Assembly: GCA_016748015.1 (NCBI GenBank)
Contig: JAAOMT010000273.1
Location: 118,375-182,374, forward strand
Length of the DNA: 64,000 nt
Direction: 5' to 3'
Source: Geosiphon pyriformis uo1
Taxonomy: Eukaryota > Fungi > Glomeromycota
Position numbers and translations under genes: made by a program. The notes beneath the pieces are model-generated. The model searched no databases, had not been told where the DNA came from, and saw only the letters and a list, made by a program, of their open reading frames with translations. The first letter of the stretch is position 1. Every line of letters starts with the position of its first letter. Shown here piece after piece: positions 35,901 to 49,935 of the stretch.

Positions 35901-38900
35901 ATTCTACATATGAAACAAGGTTTGTTGTCCCATTTTTCTTGTCTCTTTGGTTATTTAAAGTGTTTAAGAATACATGGGCAGCAATAGAACTTTGTTGCAG
36001 TTTGCTATTTCTTATTATTGCCACAACATACATCTATTGTAGACAATTTTTTGTCACAATTGACACATATAAGCTTGGGTCAATGATAATTGGTTTGACA
36101 AGAAGTGATATATGATGTATAAGTAGAAGTAGTGACTGTTGTTAATTCTTTCTCTCTTTCCTTCTCTTTTCTTTTTTTCTTCCAAATTAGAATTAGTGGT
36201 AGCTCATTATGATTATGGTCAGCCCACAAAATTTGGTAAACTTCTTAAGTAGGTTTTTTCTCTTTTTTCTCTAACTTGATTAGTGGTTTTTTGTTGATGG
36301 TGGTCTTGAAATGTCCACACATTGTTGGTACTTGCATGTGTTGCCTATTTTGACTGAGTTGTAGTTCTTGAATGTTCTAGTCAAACATGGCATTGGTTTT
36401 GAACAATCAGTTATTACCAACTAGTGCTTGGTACTGAATGGCTTTCATGATGAGGATTTTAATTGGCACAATAATGCCACTAACTTCAAAGGAGAAGTTG
36501 TTAATTTTGCCTATTGGAGTCTTTGTTGTCCCATTAGTAATGATTATTCATGCACTGATAACACAATCAACTTGGCAACCTAATTGATTCATGAGTTGTC
36601 AGGTGATAATGCTGCTAATTGATTCACTGTCTAGGATCAGTTTGATAAACTGATTATCAACTTTGACATTTGTATATATGGCCATGATAGGTTTTGATTC
36701 TAAGGCAGCTCTACTGAACAGCAGCATTTTAATTGGTTTCTTGAGTTTAAAAAAAAATGGTAGTAAGTGATTTATTTTCAGTAATAGTTGTTAGCAGTAT
36801 GTTGTTGGTAAGTGGCTGCTTTTGTTTGGTTTCCAAGTTATTGGATGTGGTATCTTTTAGGGTAACCAGGAGACTTAAATAGTTCTAAAAATTCGGATTT
36901 TAAATATATTTTGTTTCCAAACTCCACTGTTATGATTTTGAGGATTGGGTTGAAAAATTGGGAATTGGTTGATGCATGACCATTGCTGATTTCCAGTTTT
37001 GTTAAGTACAGGTAACTTTTGGTCTTTGGATTCCAGTAATTAATTGAACTAAGTTGGATGGTGGTGTTTGAATTTGTTGGGGCTAATAGATTACTTGAAG
37101 CTGTGGCTAATAGATAAGTTGAAGCTGCAGTTAATAAACTATGGATGCTAGAGACTGATAAATTGGTGGTTGATAGATTGGCTGCTACATCATAAGTAAG
37201 TAATTTAGTTGATATAATTCTGGGTTTGATTGATAATTTGGAGTTTGAAACCAGTAATCAGAGTTTTAGTATTGATTTTCTAATTATAGAATATTGCTAT
37301 AAGTTTAGTAATTAGCTCTAATATGTTCTTGTTTACCACAATTGTAGTAGACATGCATCTCTGGTTGTCACAGTTAATTGGTTGATGATGATAAGCATGT
37401 CTAATTTTGAAAACAATTTGAGTTTCCTGAATTATTATGTTGTTGTGAAGGTTAATAGATTGCTTGATTGTTAGCTAAATATCTCTCTAATTTCTGATTG
37501 ATTGAATCACTAAACTGCTTCAATTTGGAATCCAAGTCAGATAATCTGTTTATTACTAAATTCATGACTTGGGGATGATTGGCTTTTAGTTCAGTGGCTT
37601 CAAAATCTTTGACATAAGTAACTGTTGCTTGTAGGTCTGCTGAATACAATGGGCATATGTGTTGAAAGATACTACTGTGCAGATCTCTAATAAACTGATT
37701 TAAGATTTGTGGTGCAGTAAAATAATCAGCTTGGATTATCTGAATTTGGCACAGATTTCTGTAGAAGTATCCTAAGTAAGTAGTGACTGCTTCAGTTTTT
37801 CCTTGCTTAATAGTAGTAAAGGTATTGGCTAAGCAGTTGATACTATTATTGTTGCTAAAATATTGTAGGAACTCAAACTTGAATGCATTGAAATCCTGAG
37901 GTTTGTTGACCAAACTTTGATACCATAAGTTAATGGTATTCTAAAGAAAGTATGGAATGACTTGTATGGCTCTGGCATCATTCTATCTATTGGCTGAGAT
38001 GGCTTTTTCAACATTGTTTAGTCATACTTAAACATCATTCTTTTCACCAGTGAATTTTTTAATTTTCATGATTGGAACATATGCCATTGGAGCTATGAGT
38101 AGCAGCTGTTACAGTTGTGATGATGGTTGTAATAGCTATTGTAATTGTTGCTAAGGTAGTATTTATAATTGTTGAATCAGTTTAGCAATTGGTTCAATCA
38201 ATGGTTGATTGATAATAATTGTTGAAGATAAGTTTTGTTGATTATTAATATCAGGATTTAGATTGTTCTGATTTTGTGGAGTTTGAATATTTGGGGTTTC
38301 AACTTTCAGGTTTTCTAAAATCAGATTTTTTTTATTATTTTCTTGATTACTATCTTTTTTTTCCTTGAAATTGGTTATTTTCCAAGAACTAATGATTCCA
38401 AAATCTGGTTGTAGTGGTGGTGATCGAGTTCCTAATAATATTAGGAATTGTAACTTAAATCTTTTAAAGTAATCATTGTATGTTTCCAATAATTCTGTTT
38501 TCTTTTGTTTATTTTGAAATAGGATTCTGTTTAGTGGTGTTGTTGTGTTTGTGGTGAACATGTCTGTTGATGTTATATTAATAGTGCTTTTGAGCATGTA
38601 ATGGTATGATGGATTAGCAGGTGAATTGACTCTCTGTTTCTTTCAAGTGGGTAATTGTATTTGCTTTGGGATTTCTGTTAATGTTTGCAATCTTCTTTTT
38701 TTTTTTGTTGGCAAAGGTAATGAGGAATCTTTGTTTGGTGTATTTTTCTATTTATTTTTGTGATTAATGGTGTGAATAAATAATTCTGTGGCAGTATGAT
38801 ACTTTGGAGTAGTTCACTAAAAAAATTGTTAAAGGTGAATTCTAAATCTCTTTGGCCTCCCAAATAATATACTATTCTTTTGTTTATGTAACAATTGAAA

Positions 38901-41900
38901 GCTGATTCTGTTGGCCAACTATTATTTGTTAATCCAAGATAAGTATAATAATGTTGGAATAAGGATTTTGTGAATTCCAGATGGTTTGTCTCTGTTTCTT
39001 CAGATTCTGCCACTGTTTTGGATGAGTGTTGTTGGTACTGGTTCTCTGTTGGATTATACTTCACAGAAAGCACTAAATGTTACAGATGATTATTTGGGGT
39101 CTTGAATCAAATAACTGTAACTTGGTACTATTAGCTGATATACTGGTTATAATCTAAAAGTTGTTTGTATTTGAAGATTTTGGTATCTAAAAGTTTTGTT
39201 GAGTTGGAGTTCTTTGTATAATAGACAGAGATTCAATAATTGTTTTCAGTAGCCTTCCGGAATTGCAATTCTGTTAATCTTTTTCTCAGCTTGGTGGCTG
39301 GCAATCCTCTGGTAAGCAATCTGTATTTCTTACATGTTTTACTTACTTGCAGGGATTTTTTACCAGGCAATCTTTGATGTCAATAACTCAACACTTAATC
39401 TTTAATTAATTTAGTCAACAACAAAAAATAACAAAAAAAATAAAATAAAATAAGCCAAGGCAATAAATATTAGTATCTTATCAATAGCCATAATTAAGAA
39501 CTATTGTTTCAGTATAGTTAAGTATTAATTACTATCAACATTTAAAATTAATAGCAAGCAATTGGATTTGAGATGCTGAATAAGTATGTTTATTAATATT
39601 TTGGAATAATATGTTTTTTTTTAACTAAAAATGGTAACTAATAAATTTATGTTTGGAAATTCTGTCTTTTTTGCTTCTATTTCTACTGCTATATATACAT
39701 ATTTTCTAGTTTTACAGAATTGCTTTGGATCATCTGTTCTTGCTAATTATTGCTTTGTTTTCTTATATTATAACTAATTATTCTATGTTATAATACATTA
39801 TCTGATATTATTACATGTTATTCTGTATTATTCTGTATTATAACATGTTATCTTATGTTATAATGCATTATTTTGTGTTATCTTGCATTATAACACATTA
39901 TTCTATGTTATTACATATTATTTTGTCTTTTTATATTTCATCATGTTTTTTCTTTAGGTTACATTTTTTTTTCTTTTTTTGATAAGCTTTCTTTCTTTAA
40001 GTAATATTAGGTAAATTTTTTACATATATTACAATTCATCAAAACTAATAACAATTATAACACCAGAAAAAGCATTATTATTAACATATGCTAATAATAA
40101 GTATTGACAATTTTACATGATAAAAATCTCATCCAACACTAATCTTTTCTTTATTCAATCTTTTATTATTATGTTAACCATAAATTTAACTTTAATAGAA
40201 TTAAGAACCAGTTTATTACCTACAACCAAATAATTTAAAACCATCTTTTAAAAGAAATATTCTAATATATTTCTAATAGTATAATCTTTATTAATCACAA
40301 AACTCTCTATTTTCTTATTAATAACAGACTTAATGTTTATCTTCTTAGCTTTTAAAGATTTGGCAAGTTTGCAGACACAGTATAATTTTTCATGCCAAAA
40401 AAAGTAGAACATACATAATCAAAACCAGTATTGAAATCCAATAGAGACTAAATCTTTAAAGTCTTATTATGTCTAAAGAAGCCCAATAGTCTATCAAAGA
40501 AACAAATTTATTATTAGTATTTATATATAAAAACTTGATAATTTTTAATATCAAAATTTTCAATTTATAAAACTTAAGAATCCTTGATAAAAACACCATC
40601 AAAGTTTTTAAACTATTTCTTTCTAAATATTTTATTAACTGAGAGACACATCACTTTGCAAACTATATCTTACATTGTATTCAGATCTGAAAATCTCTTG
40701 GAAATAACAAACTCATTAAAAAACATAGCTGTATTAACTGCTATAGCATCTTTGAACTTGTTCTATTTTATTCTATTAGCATCTTTAATATTAAAATTTC
40801 AACAATTTTTATTTGTTTGTTTACACAGAAAATTTAATTACACATCCAACAAACTATTCAAATCCACAAAAACAGAAATGACCCAGTAATTAATGTTAAA
40901 ATAATTACCAATATTTATCACATCACAATTTACTACTGCATTAATTAAATTTAGAAAAACAAACACATAATCAATTGTTTTTACAACATCTTTAAAATTC
41001 ATCTATGTTAATATATTTGCAATTGAGCTCTTGACTAATAAATTGACCAGTTTCAAATTAAGACACTTTTTAAAATTACCATACTTATGGAAACTATGTT
41101 TATTGAAATTACCATTCAAGATAACAAAAGAGAATTTGTTTATAGCCTTTGCAATTAGAAAGTTAATTTTATCAGCCTGAAATAAATGCATTAACAGTGT
41201 TGTATTAGCATACAGCCTCAGAATTAAAACAAAAAGTTTATTTTTGAAGAGCAACTTAACAGAAAAAAGACATCCAGAAACTTCAGAAACTTTACATACA
41301 TGTCTTATTAAAACAATATTTATATTCTTATGCCAACAAATAATATTTTCTTGCTTTGCAAAATTGTTTATATCTTTAATATTACATGTGGCAATTTTCT
41401 AGATCAAACCAATTATTGATAAGAAAAAGTATCTAAATATAAACTTTTATTGTTTAACTTGGCTAACAAGTTTATAACTATATTTAACAAATTGTTTAAT
41501 TTCTTTTCAAATCTCTTGACAGTTGCTTGATCTAATGACACCACTCTCACTACAGTCTTATTACTAGTGACTGTACTTAAACTCTTATTTATTATTATAT
41601 CTTTCTCTTAATTTTGTGATAAAGAAATTACCAATAACTAACATCTAGAGTTAGACTAAAAAATTATTGGTCTAAGTGTATTCAACTTTTTAGCCAGTTT
41701 TTCTACTTGCTTTACAAAACTGATAAGACTGTACTTAAAAGTAACAAACCTATTGTTTACATCCAAAAAAACTAGTAAAAAAAATTTCATATTCAAAAAT
41801 AAATTAATATCAGAAAGAATTAAAAACACTATATGAAAAGTAAAACCACTAGCAATCTGGGCCCAAGTTTTTCCACCAAAAAACACCAAATAGACAATTA

Positions 41901-42321
41901 GCACCTGTTTTTTTATATATATATTGGCTAAACAAACCTGATCCTAAGAAGTAACTACTTGTTTACCATAAACTTCAAGATTTCTATTCATTAAACACAT
42001 ATTAAAAACATGACTAAATTGTTTACACAGGACACAACAGGCCAAAAAAAACCAGTTTAATGCAAATTTACACTCTTAAAGACCAGAATAGAGCCAATAA
42101 CAGCCATTTTGAATGTTTTATTAGCAAAACAAATTATAACACATCTATTATATACATATAAACTTGAATTATGGCTAATATAATAGGTTTTTTTACCATA
42201 TAATTTCAACAAATCAAAGAGGTCATAAACAGTAATGCCAATTGATAAAGTGTACAACAATGCCCAATAAAGATCTCTGAATATCTATAACTGTTTATCA
42301 TTAATCATTAAAACCACATAT

Positions 42322-43187
42322 TGTTACAAGTAATTATTTGAAGTATAAGTACAAATAACAAATCTATAACTTGGTATTCAATAGTTGATTATATTAATAA
42401 TATCTAAAAATTTTCGTGATTTGAAGGTTTTTTGGTTGAGTTTTTTATATAATGAACAAAAATTTACTTGTTGTTTCAATATTTGTCCTGAAAGTTTTTT
42501 TTGTAAATTTTTTTCTTAGCATGATAACCAGTTTTTTCTGATAAATTATCCTTAATTTTTGAGTGTTTATTCTTGTTTTATAGATCTTTTACCAGTCTTT
42601 CTTAATGTTGATAACTTGACACTTAATCTCTTTTAATTAATTAGCAAACAACAAAAAAATGAAACAAAAAAAAATAAAAAATTAGTATTCTGTTAATAGC
42701 TATAATTAAAAGCTATTGATTCAGTGTAATTAAGTATTAGATTCTATTAACATAGAGTATTGATAGAGTAAAAGTGATTAATATTTCTTTAAGCAAATAA
42801 CAATAACATGAATTTAGGAAATAATTAATATTTTATTAATATGTGATTTGATTTCACTTCAAGTTGTAGAAAACTACTTTTTAAAAAGAGAGGTATTGAA
42901 TAATTAATTAATTGTTGGTATTAATTCTAAACTGAATTCTGTCTTTTCTGCTTTTAATATTCTCATTATATATATAATTAATGTTATATAAGATTTCTTG
43001 AATTTTTTTAATTCTTCTAACCAGAAATTCTGAAATTCCTAAAATCTTGTAATTTTTTAAAAGAAATTCTGAAATTTCTGAAATCCTGTAATTCCTTAAA
43101 AAAAATCTTAAAAATTTTTTTTTATTATGCTTATCTCTAATTGGCTACTTTATATCCTTAACAATTCCTAAATTTTTATAAGTAATA
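42322..43187 (-). mobile_element. Family-B solo LTR inserted in LINE ORF1
   Basis: Homologous to 21901-22729; TSD ATAT (42318-42321 and 43188-43191); no internal sequence. Confidence 0.85.
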
Positions 43188-45019
43188 ATATATAAAATTT
43201 TTTTTATAAGAACTAATTATTTAGAAATAACAAACAAGCAATATTTGCTGATTCAAACTCAACTAAAGTCTTTTATTAAAGACTAATCAACTGCATTTTA
43301 ATTGAAATAATCTTGTCAAATTTGGAAAAAACTGTCTTTACTATTAATTTAGAAAGATTTATTGAGATTTTCTTAATAATTATCTCTTAATTTATATAGC
43401 TATTTGTTTTTTTTATGTCATTATTAACCAGAATTTTTTTTATTAATAACCAAATCTCTTGTCTTTTTCAAACTTAATTCAAATATAAAAAAAGATCTGA
43501 TTATTCCAAAAAATTTTGAAGGAATAAAAACTCTCTCAAAACCATCAATATAATAGAAATTTTTTTTTACAACAATTAACTTATTATAATTGGTTTTTCC
43601 AAACACAGTAAACAGTTCAATATCTAATACAAAAAATTTGACTGGCTCAAAACTACATTTTTTTGAGACATATAATCTGGTTAATAGCACTAAGTCAATA
43701 AACTTAGGAAAAGAAAACATTAAAACATTATTATTATTATTCATATTATTAAACATTAAAACTTTTGGTAAGTGTTCCAATATATATATTTGAGTACAAG
43801 TTTTTTTAAACATCATTTTGTTTTCATTTTTACTATTCTCAGAAGCATCCAAGTCTGCATAACTGGTTTTCTTGGCAAATATATTTTTTATATTTTTTAC
43901 ATCAAAAAGACTACTAATACTACTAGTTATGTTACCAATCTTGCTACTCCAAAACACTACAGATTTTGTACCAAAGACCCCAATATCTACTAAATTCAAA
44001 GATTCAACAGATAAATTGACTATACTATTATTAGCTTCAAGTTTTTTTGGCTTTTTATATGATGTATTATAAGAGTATATATTTTTCACACATTTTTTCT
44101 TGGTATTAGGACAGATCTCTAATTAATCAAACCAAAACCAAAATTATTAGTAAATGAGCCCACCAGTTCTATTACTACAAAAAAAAGTGTGTTTAAAGAA
44201 ATAACTAAGAAAAAAAAAGAAAAAAAAATTATATTTTTAATAAATCTTTCATTTTGATTATGGCCAAAAAATTAACAAGAGAAAAAAAATAAGAAATTTT
44301 ATAATATTTTATAATATAATATTTTTATTATTTTAAAATAATAATTTTTGTTGTTGTAAATTAGTAATTATTTTTATTATAAGTTAATAATTGGTATTAT
44401 TAGAAATTAATAATTGTTATTATTATATGAATTTTTTTATTTAAGTTATTATTATATTAATTATATAATTAATTATAATTTTTAATATTTATAACTTATT
44501 ATTTTTCAATCGGCAATAATGTTTATAATTTTAAATATAAAATGTCCAAAAAAAAAAATTGAATGTTTAAACATGTTTATAATAAATAAATATTAATTAA
44601 ATATATAGATAAAATAAAAACAATAAATTATTTTGGTTTAAAAAATAAGTAATATTTATTAACAAAAGGCTTGGTAACTGGTCACATGTTGAAAACACAT
44701 GATTTACATCTATAGTAACTTTATGTAACTAGATTAGATAATGAAAAAACCACTTTGTTAAAGCAATTTTTGACTTCAAAACTTTATATTTGGATTTTGG
44801 GTGACATCATATATAAGTATATAGTTCCTTACATAATCAGATATTTGGTCATTCGGTCCATGTGATGTAATGATATGTGATGTGTCATTGGGTTTTAATA
44901 GACTCTACTTTTTGTTAACCAACGAATAGCTCAAAGGCGCTCGACGTACTTCCTTTACACTTTGCGTATACTTACAAGATATTAGCATTTAATTTGTACG
45001 AGAACAAATATCTGAACAC

Positions 45020-45978
45020 ATGTCTTCACCACGTAGAAGGATTGAGACTGATGTGATGAAGCTGTTAGTCATTTGAAGTGTTTTTCAAACTTCAGTGAAT
45101 CTGTTTGTTTCATAAGCCTTCATGTTTTTTGGTTATATTCTCTCTCCAGGCTGATGAGTGACTATGAGGTTACTTTGGTGAATGACAATATGCAAGAATT
45201 TTATGTTCGTTTTAATGGGCCCGAAGATAGTATGTCTTGTTGATTTCTTGTTTACTTTTTGTTCAGGCCTTCAGAAATGGTTTATTTCTAATTTTGGCTT
45301 TTAAAAACAGCGCCCTTTTCCGGTGGAATCTGGAAAGTTCACGTTGAATTACCTGACCAGTACCCCTACAAATCGCCATCAATTGGCTTCATGAATAAAA
45401 TCTTTCATCCTAATATCGATGAATTGTGAGTATTCGTTTATTTAAATGATAGTAGTTTTCCCGGATATTTGACTTATTCGAATATGATTCAGGAGTGGAT
45501 CGGTTTGTCTTGATGTGATCAATCAGACATGGAGTCCTATGTTTGGTAAGTGAAGATATATTGGAGAATTGGTCTTATCTTGACTCTTTCCGTTTTGAGA
45601 ATTTTAAATTAAAACGTCCTGTTGAACATGATTCAAAATAGATATGATCAACATATTTGAGGTGTTTCTTCCTCAACTTTTAAGATATCCAAATCCTACC
45701 GATCCGTTGAATGGGGATGCTGCAGCCCTACTGATGCGAGAACCTCAGACCTACGAAAGCAAAGTCAAAGGTCATTAATGGGTTATTTCATATTTGCAAA
45801 TACTATTCACACGATTTTTTCATTGATAGCTAATCAATTATATTCATTTCTAGAATATGTGAGTCGGTATGCTACAAAGGAAGCTGCAGACGCGGCTACA
45901 GATGAAAGTTCTGAAGAAGACATAAGCTCGGTTGAATCATATTCGGATGATGACGAAACACCTGACATGGATCTGTGA
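45020..45978 (+). CDS. UBC8: Ubiquitin-conjugating enzyme E2, Ubc8/UBE2H ortholog, 181 aa; exons 45020-45063, 45150-45229, 45311-45425, 45493-45545, 45642-45770, 45854-45978
   Basis: Manual splicing at GT-AG sites gives [83 protein letters not shown].. with an acidic tail; 546 nt in frame. Confidence 0.95.
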
Positions 45979-46778
45979 TCGAGTTCAAATAATATTCTTC
46001 AGAGTATCTTCTCTCAAGGATATCATAGGGAGGTTCTATTTTTAAGTTGAAATACATTTCATGTTTTTTTTTGTAAATTCCAATCTTTTTTGTTTTATTA
46101 ATAGTTTGCTTATTTTAAATAGACATTTATTGCTTGTTTCACTCCTATTGATTTTCGTTTTGAAATTTTCTTTGTATCCAACCCGGATTAAAAGTTTATT
46201 TATTAGGCTCAATACAGTGCAAATCGCGTCCTGAAATGAATTTTTTTTTCTTTTGATAGAAATTGAAATTGAGACAGAATATGCGCGTTTATTTCGGTGA
46301 TCTAATTTTGGAATCGATCGGTCAATGATCTTCAGGATTGATACTATGGATAGAATGACGAAGTTGAACTGGGATTCCAAAGACTCGTACAAAACTAGTT
46401 CTATCACTTTTAAAACTTTTGAATCTAAAATTAATGCTATTTTTAGTTTTTTTATAATATATTTAGACACACATATCCACGATAGCTTTTTCTATTTATT
46501 AATTTTTAAAAGGGAACTTTGCACGACAATCCTTTCAATTTGGAAAATTGCCTTTAGCCATATATTTCTGATGTTTGACATAAATATTTCCAGTCATGTG
46601 GATCAATAATGAATAGACCTTGGATTAGGAGACCATAACGTCATTTGAAAAGCTATTCCAGAGCACTCATTCTGAACCCCTTAGATTAGATGTTAGACAA
46701 AACTCATACTGTTTAAGACTTTAATAGTCAGAGCTTCGCCCTGTACATAGTAAAAACTCACCAAAATATAATACAAAC

Positions 46779-49700
46779 ATGGTAACGGATAGTGAGGAGA
46801 GCTTGTTAGAGTTTTCCAAGAAATTTTTGGAGGCTGCGTTTGGGTCTGACAGCAGCACTCCAGAGTTAGGTTTCTCGCATATTTTAGTTAACAATACCAA
46901 CAACAACAATACAATTAGTAATAATAACAGTAAAGACACGAATAAGACTAAAGTTATTGATTTACTTGCACCTTTACCTGTGCCAACTTTGACAATAAGT
47001 TCTGACTCAAAAACACTTCAATCGAAAACTGTAAAGGGCAACAAAGACTTTAAAGTATCAAAAGACACCGAAAAAACTCCCGAAGTTGAATTTAAAAGAA
47101 GTTCTACCGATTCTGCCACCTCAACACAAACAACCGAATCCACTTCCTCTGCTGAAACCAATGACACAGAAAATACTTTTAATACCGTGTTAATTCCCGA
47201 ATCGCCCCTTGAAATACGTGTAACGAGTTCAGGTGTCTCTGAAATGACTTTGAAACGTAGATCTATTATGGGTTCAGATGATGAAGATTCAATGCAAGAT
47301 GTCGCTGACGAACTATTAATACACACTAGTGACCCTTCTCACCTTTTCTGGGTACCAGCTCATATGCATCCTGAGATAGCTCCGAATGAGTTTCGCAAAT
47401 GGTTACAAAACCATGCAAAAGAAGGTTTCAATACAGGACCTAATTCTTTGAGGCGGCGAAAATCAGCTCTTTCTCGGCAGTATATACCACCTGAAAATGA
47501 GGACTCTGAAAAGGAAAATTTATCCAGCATTGAAGCAAAAGAATCCATTAGATATGATGATGGGTTTGATTGGGAATCGTATGGTTCATCTGATGGAACT
47601 ATAAGTCCAAGTGTCGAATCAAGTAGACTGAATATTTTACGACGAAGTCTTAGCCTGAATTTACCACCTTTTATGGGTAAATTAAATTCTTTTACCTTGA
47701 TTAAAAGAAATGCAAAAATCATGATTTCATATGGCGGGATCAATATAATACTCATTTCCCTTGTTTAATTGGTGCTGTAAACAATTTGATTTGCAAATAA
47801 TTAACATCCTTTTATTTACTACGGAATTAGAGTCGTGTTATGGCTCTAATGATCCAAATGTGTTTGATCGGCATTCTTCTCCCTACGTTGACTCCAACAT
47901 ATTGGTCCGCAGAATGGTACCAGCCTTAAAACGTGCAGCACGAACAAAAATTCGAAGGAATTCAGTTGCAGGAGAACACAATCCTCACAGGTTTTCTGCA
48001 CACAGAAGGACAAAGTCGACACATTTTATTTCTGAAAGGCAAAATCATTATGGGGTTACCGGCATGTTCTCACACAATTTGACTCATTCGATGCTGAAAA
48101 ATGAATTTAAAGAACTATCGAATCTCGCAGAAAAACCATCATTAATTTCACCCGAAAGTCCGATAGTCATAAATAAGAATCAAGGAAATTCTATTTTACC
48201 CGCAAAAACTGAGAATAAAGACGTTGAACTTGATCGTATTGCTTTAAAAGACAGTTCTGATTTAATTCGTATCACTTTAAAAGACAATGGTTCTCAGCCT
48301 AAGAATAAAACAGTGACACCATCTCCGCGTAGGACAAGTTCATTGTCTACAGAATCTTTGGAAGTGACTGATGCTCTTCAAGAAGGACGTTTACCTATAT
48401 CCGAACAAGCTAGGCTTTCTTTAAATACTAGTATATTATTACAAAAAAATACATCGGAAAGGATATCCCCTACACAAACTAGCCCATCCCCTTCAATAAA
48501 AAGATCAATAACTTGGTCATCGTGGCTTCGATGGAGTGGTGGGAATTCTGACGAAAAAGATCTTCGAGCGAGAAAGTCGAAGTTAAGTAAAGATGCCAAA
48601 TTTGATCGAGATTCTAAATCCGAAAAAGAGGCAACACTGGATAATAATATAAAAATGAATAAGGAGAGCGATACTGGGATAAATCAAACTTTTAAAGTTG
48701 AAGATGGGGATAATGAAACTTTAGAAATTGAAAATGAGGAAATTGTGTCTGTTAAAGAGAAGCCTAAAATGTCTTTAGCATCTTTATTTTCGTGGAACAG
48801 CACCAACAAAGGAAAAGCAGCTGAAGAAACAACAACTCAAGCAATAGCTTCTACTTCAAACACAGCCACATCGGTAAATCACAGGAAACCAAAATACTCA
48901 AACTATAATCGGATGCCCATACATGTAGAACGTGCCATATATCGCTTATCACATGTAAAGCTTGCTAATCCTCGACGCCCTCTACACGAGCAAGTACTTA
49001 TATCAAACATGATGTTTTGGTATCTTTCGCTTATTAATAAGCAACAGGAAGAATACGGTGGTGGCAATCCTAATGCACAAAAAGAGGTATTAAAAGTTAA
49101 AAGTAAGGTAGGTAAAGGAGGGAGAGGAAAGAGACAAAAACGCAACAACAAGCAAAACGGTCCAAGTAGACGTGGCTCTGAAGTTGCTTACAAAGCCCCG
49201 CAATATGACATGCAGCAAGCCCAGATTGCTCAGCAATATCTTTCACCGCCATCTTCCCCTTCTCATAGCGGAGCCCCTTATTCCAATGGACCTGGGACTT
49301 CTTTGGATTACGCTAGCGATGATGATGATCATACTAGTGATGAAGAATTTTCTAAGCACACCTATCACCATTACAATAACGGCTATACATCGGATGGAAC
49401 TGATGGTGGCTACCTTGACGACTCCATCATCAAGGATGATGGTTCTAATGTTGGGATGAACAAACAAGTTTACTCTGACAATGACAAAGTAGTGAAAGAA
49501 AATGGTGGAAGCAAAACCGTAAATAGTAGTCACAAAAGACCATCATCTCCGAATCCCCCCAATGGACGTTTACCTGTTGGAAGACCGCCATCACCAAATG
49601 GCCGGTCCTCCTCCTCTTCACAGCAACGTGCTCCCTCTCCAAACGGACGCCCTGTTTCGCCAAATGGACGTCCTGTTTCGCCTAATGGACGCCCTGTCTC

Positions 49701-49935
49701 GCCAAATGGGCGCCCTACGCCAATGTCATCAGGCCATTCCTCGTTACAAAATTCTCGTCGTTCCTCTTCCACTCACCGTGGTGTGAATGGTGGGGCAACA
49801 CGAACGCGATTATCAACCACCAATAATGGGCCTAGAGTGATAGTAAAGAATCACTCCGAATTAAATAAAGAAGAGGACGATGATGATGATGACGATGAAG
49901 TTCCTCTTGGTCTTTACAAAAATATGGGAAAATAA
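46779..49935 (+). CDS. ZDS1: Zds1/Zds2-like PP2A-Cdc55 regulator, ~1000 aa; exons 46779-47676 and 47831-49935
   Basis: LFWVPAHMHPEIAPNEF motif and Zds_C domain RMPIHVERAIYRLSHVKLANPRRPLHEQVLISNMMFWYL; a phase-1 intron GTAAAT..TAG joins the two ORFs in frame. Confidence 0.85.
49583..49720 (+). repeat. Coding 21-bp/7-aa repeat RPVSPNG
   Basis: RPPSPNG..RAPSPNG-RPVSPNG x3 with synonymous variation between units. Confidence 0.9.

Larger units (their letters stand above)
3766..40006 (-). mobile_element. Ty3/gypsy element B2: 5' LTR 39078-40006, 3' LTR 3766-4720; most of integrase deleted; interrupted by B1 and C
   Basis: Paired LTRs; TSD TCAG (3762-3765)/TTAG (40007-40010); PBS ~39060-39075; gag 36900-39013; protease ~36310-36690; dUTPase ~34780-35210; RT/RNase H 23025-23974 plus 33904-34400; PPT ~4721-4738. 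Confidence 0.9.
3249..44160 (-). mobile_element. Old decayed LINE hosting the nest, in three pieces: RT 3249-3765; APE/linker and ORF1 40011-42321; ORF1 43192-~44160
   Basis: The pieces translate to homologs of the LINE at 52-58 kb. The reading NLP|DKKTAGLSG is continuous across the B2 insertion (40011/3765). Confidence 0.85.

Noticed and set aside
46042-46609. ORFs 46042-46470 (-) and 46325-46609 (+) between the genes
   Set aside because: No recognisable motif; consistent with AT-rich UTR or promoter sequence. An upstream ZDS1 exon cannot be excluded.
47018-49786. Antisense and alternate-frame ORFs over ZDS1 and over the TE ORFs
   Set aside because: Shadow ORFs of the coding strand with no independent evidence.
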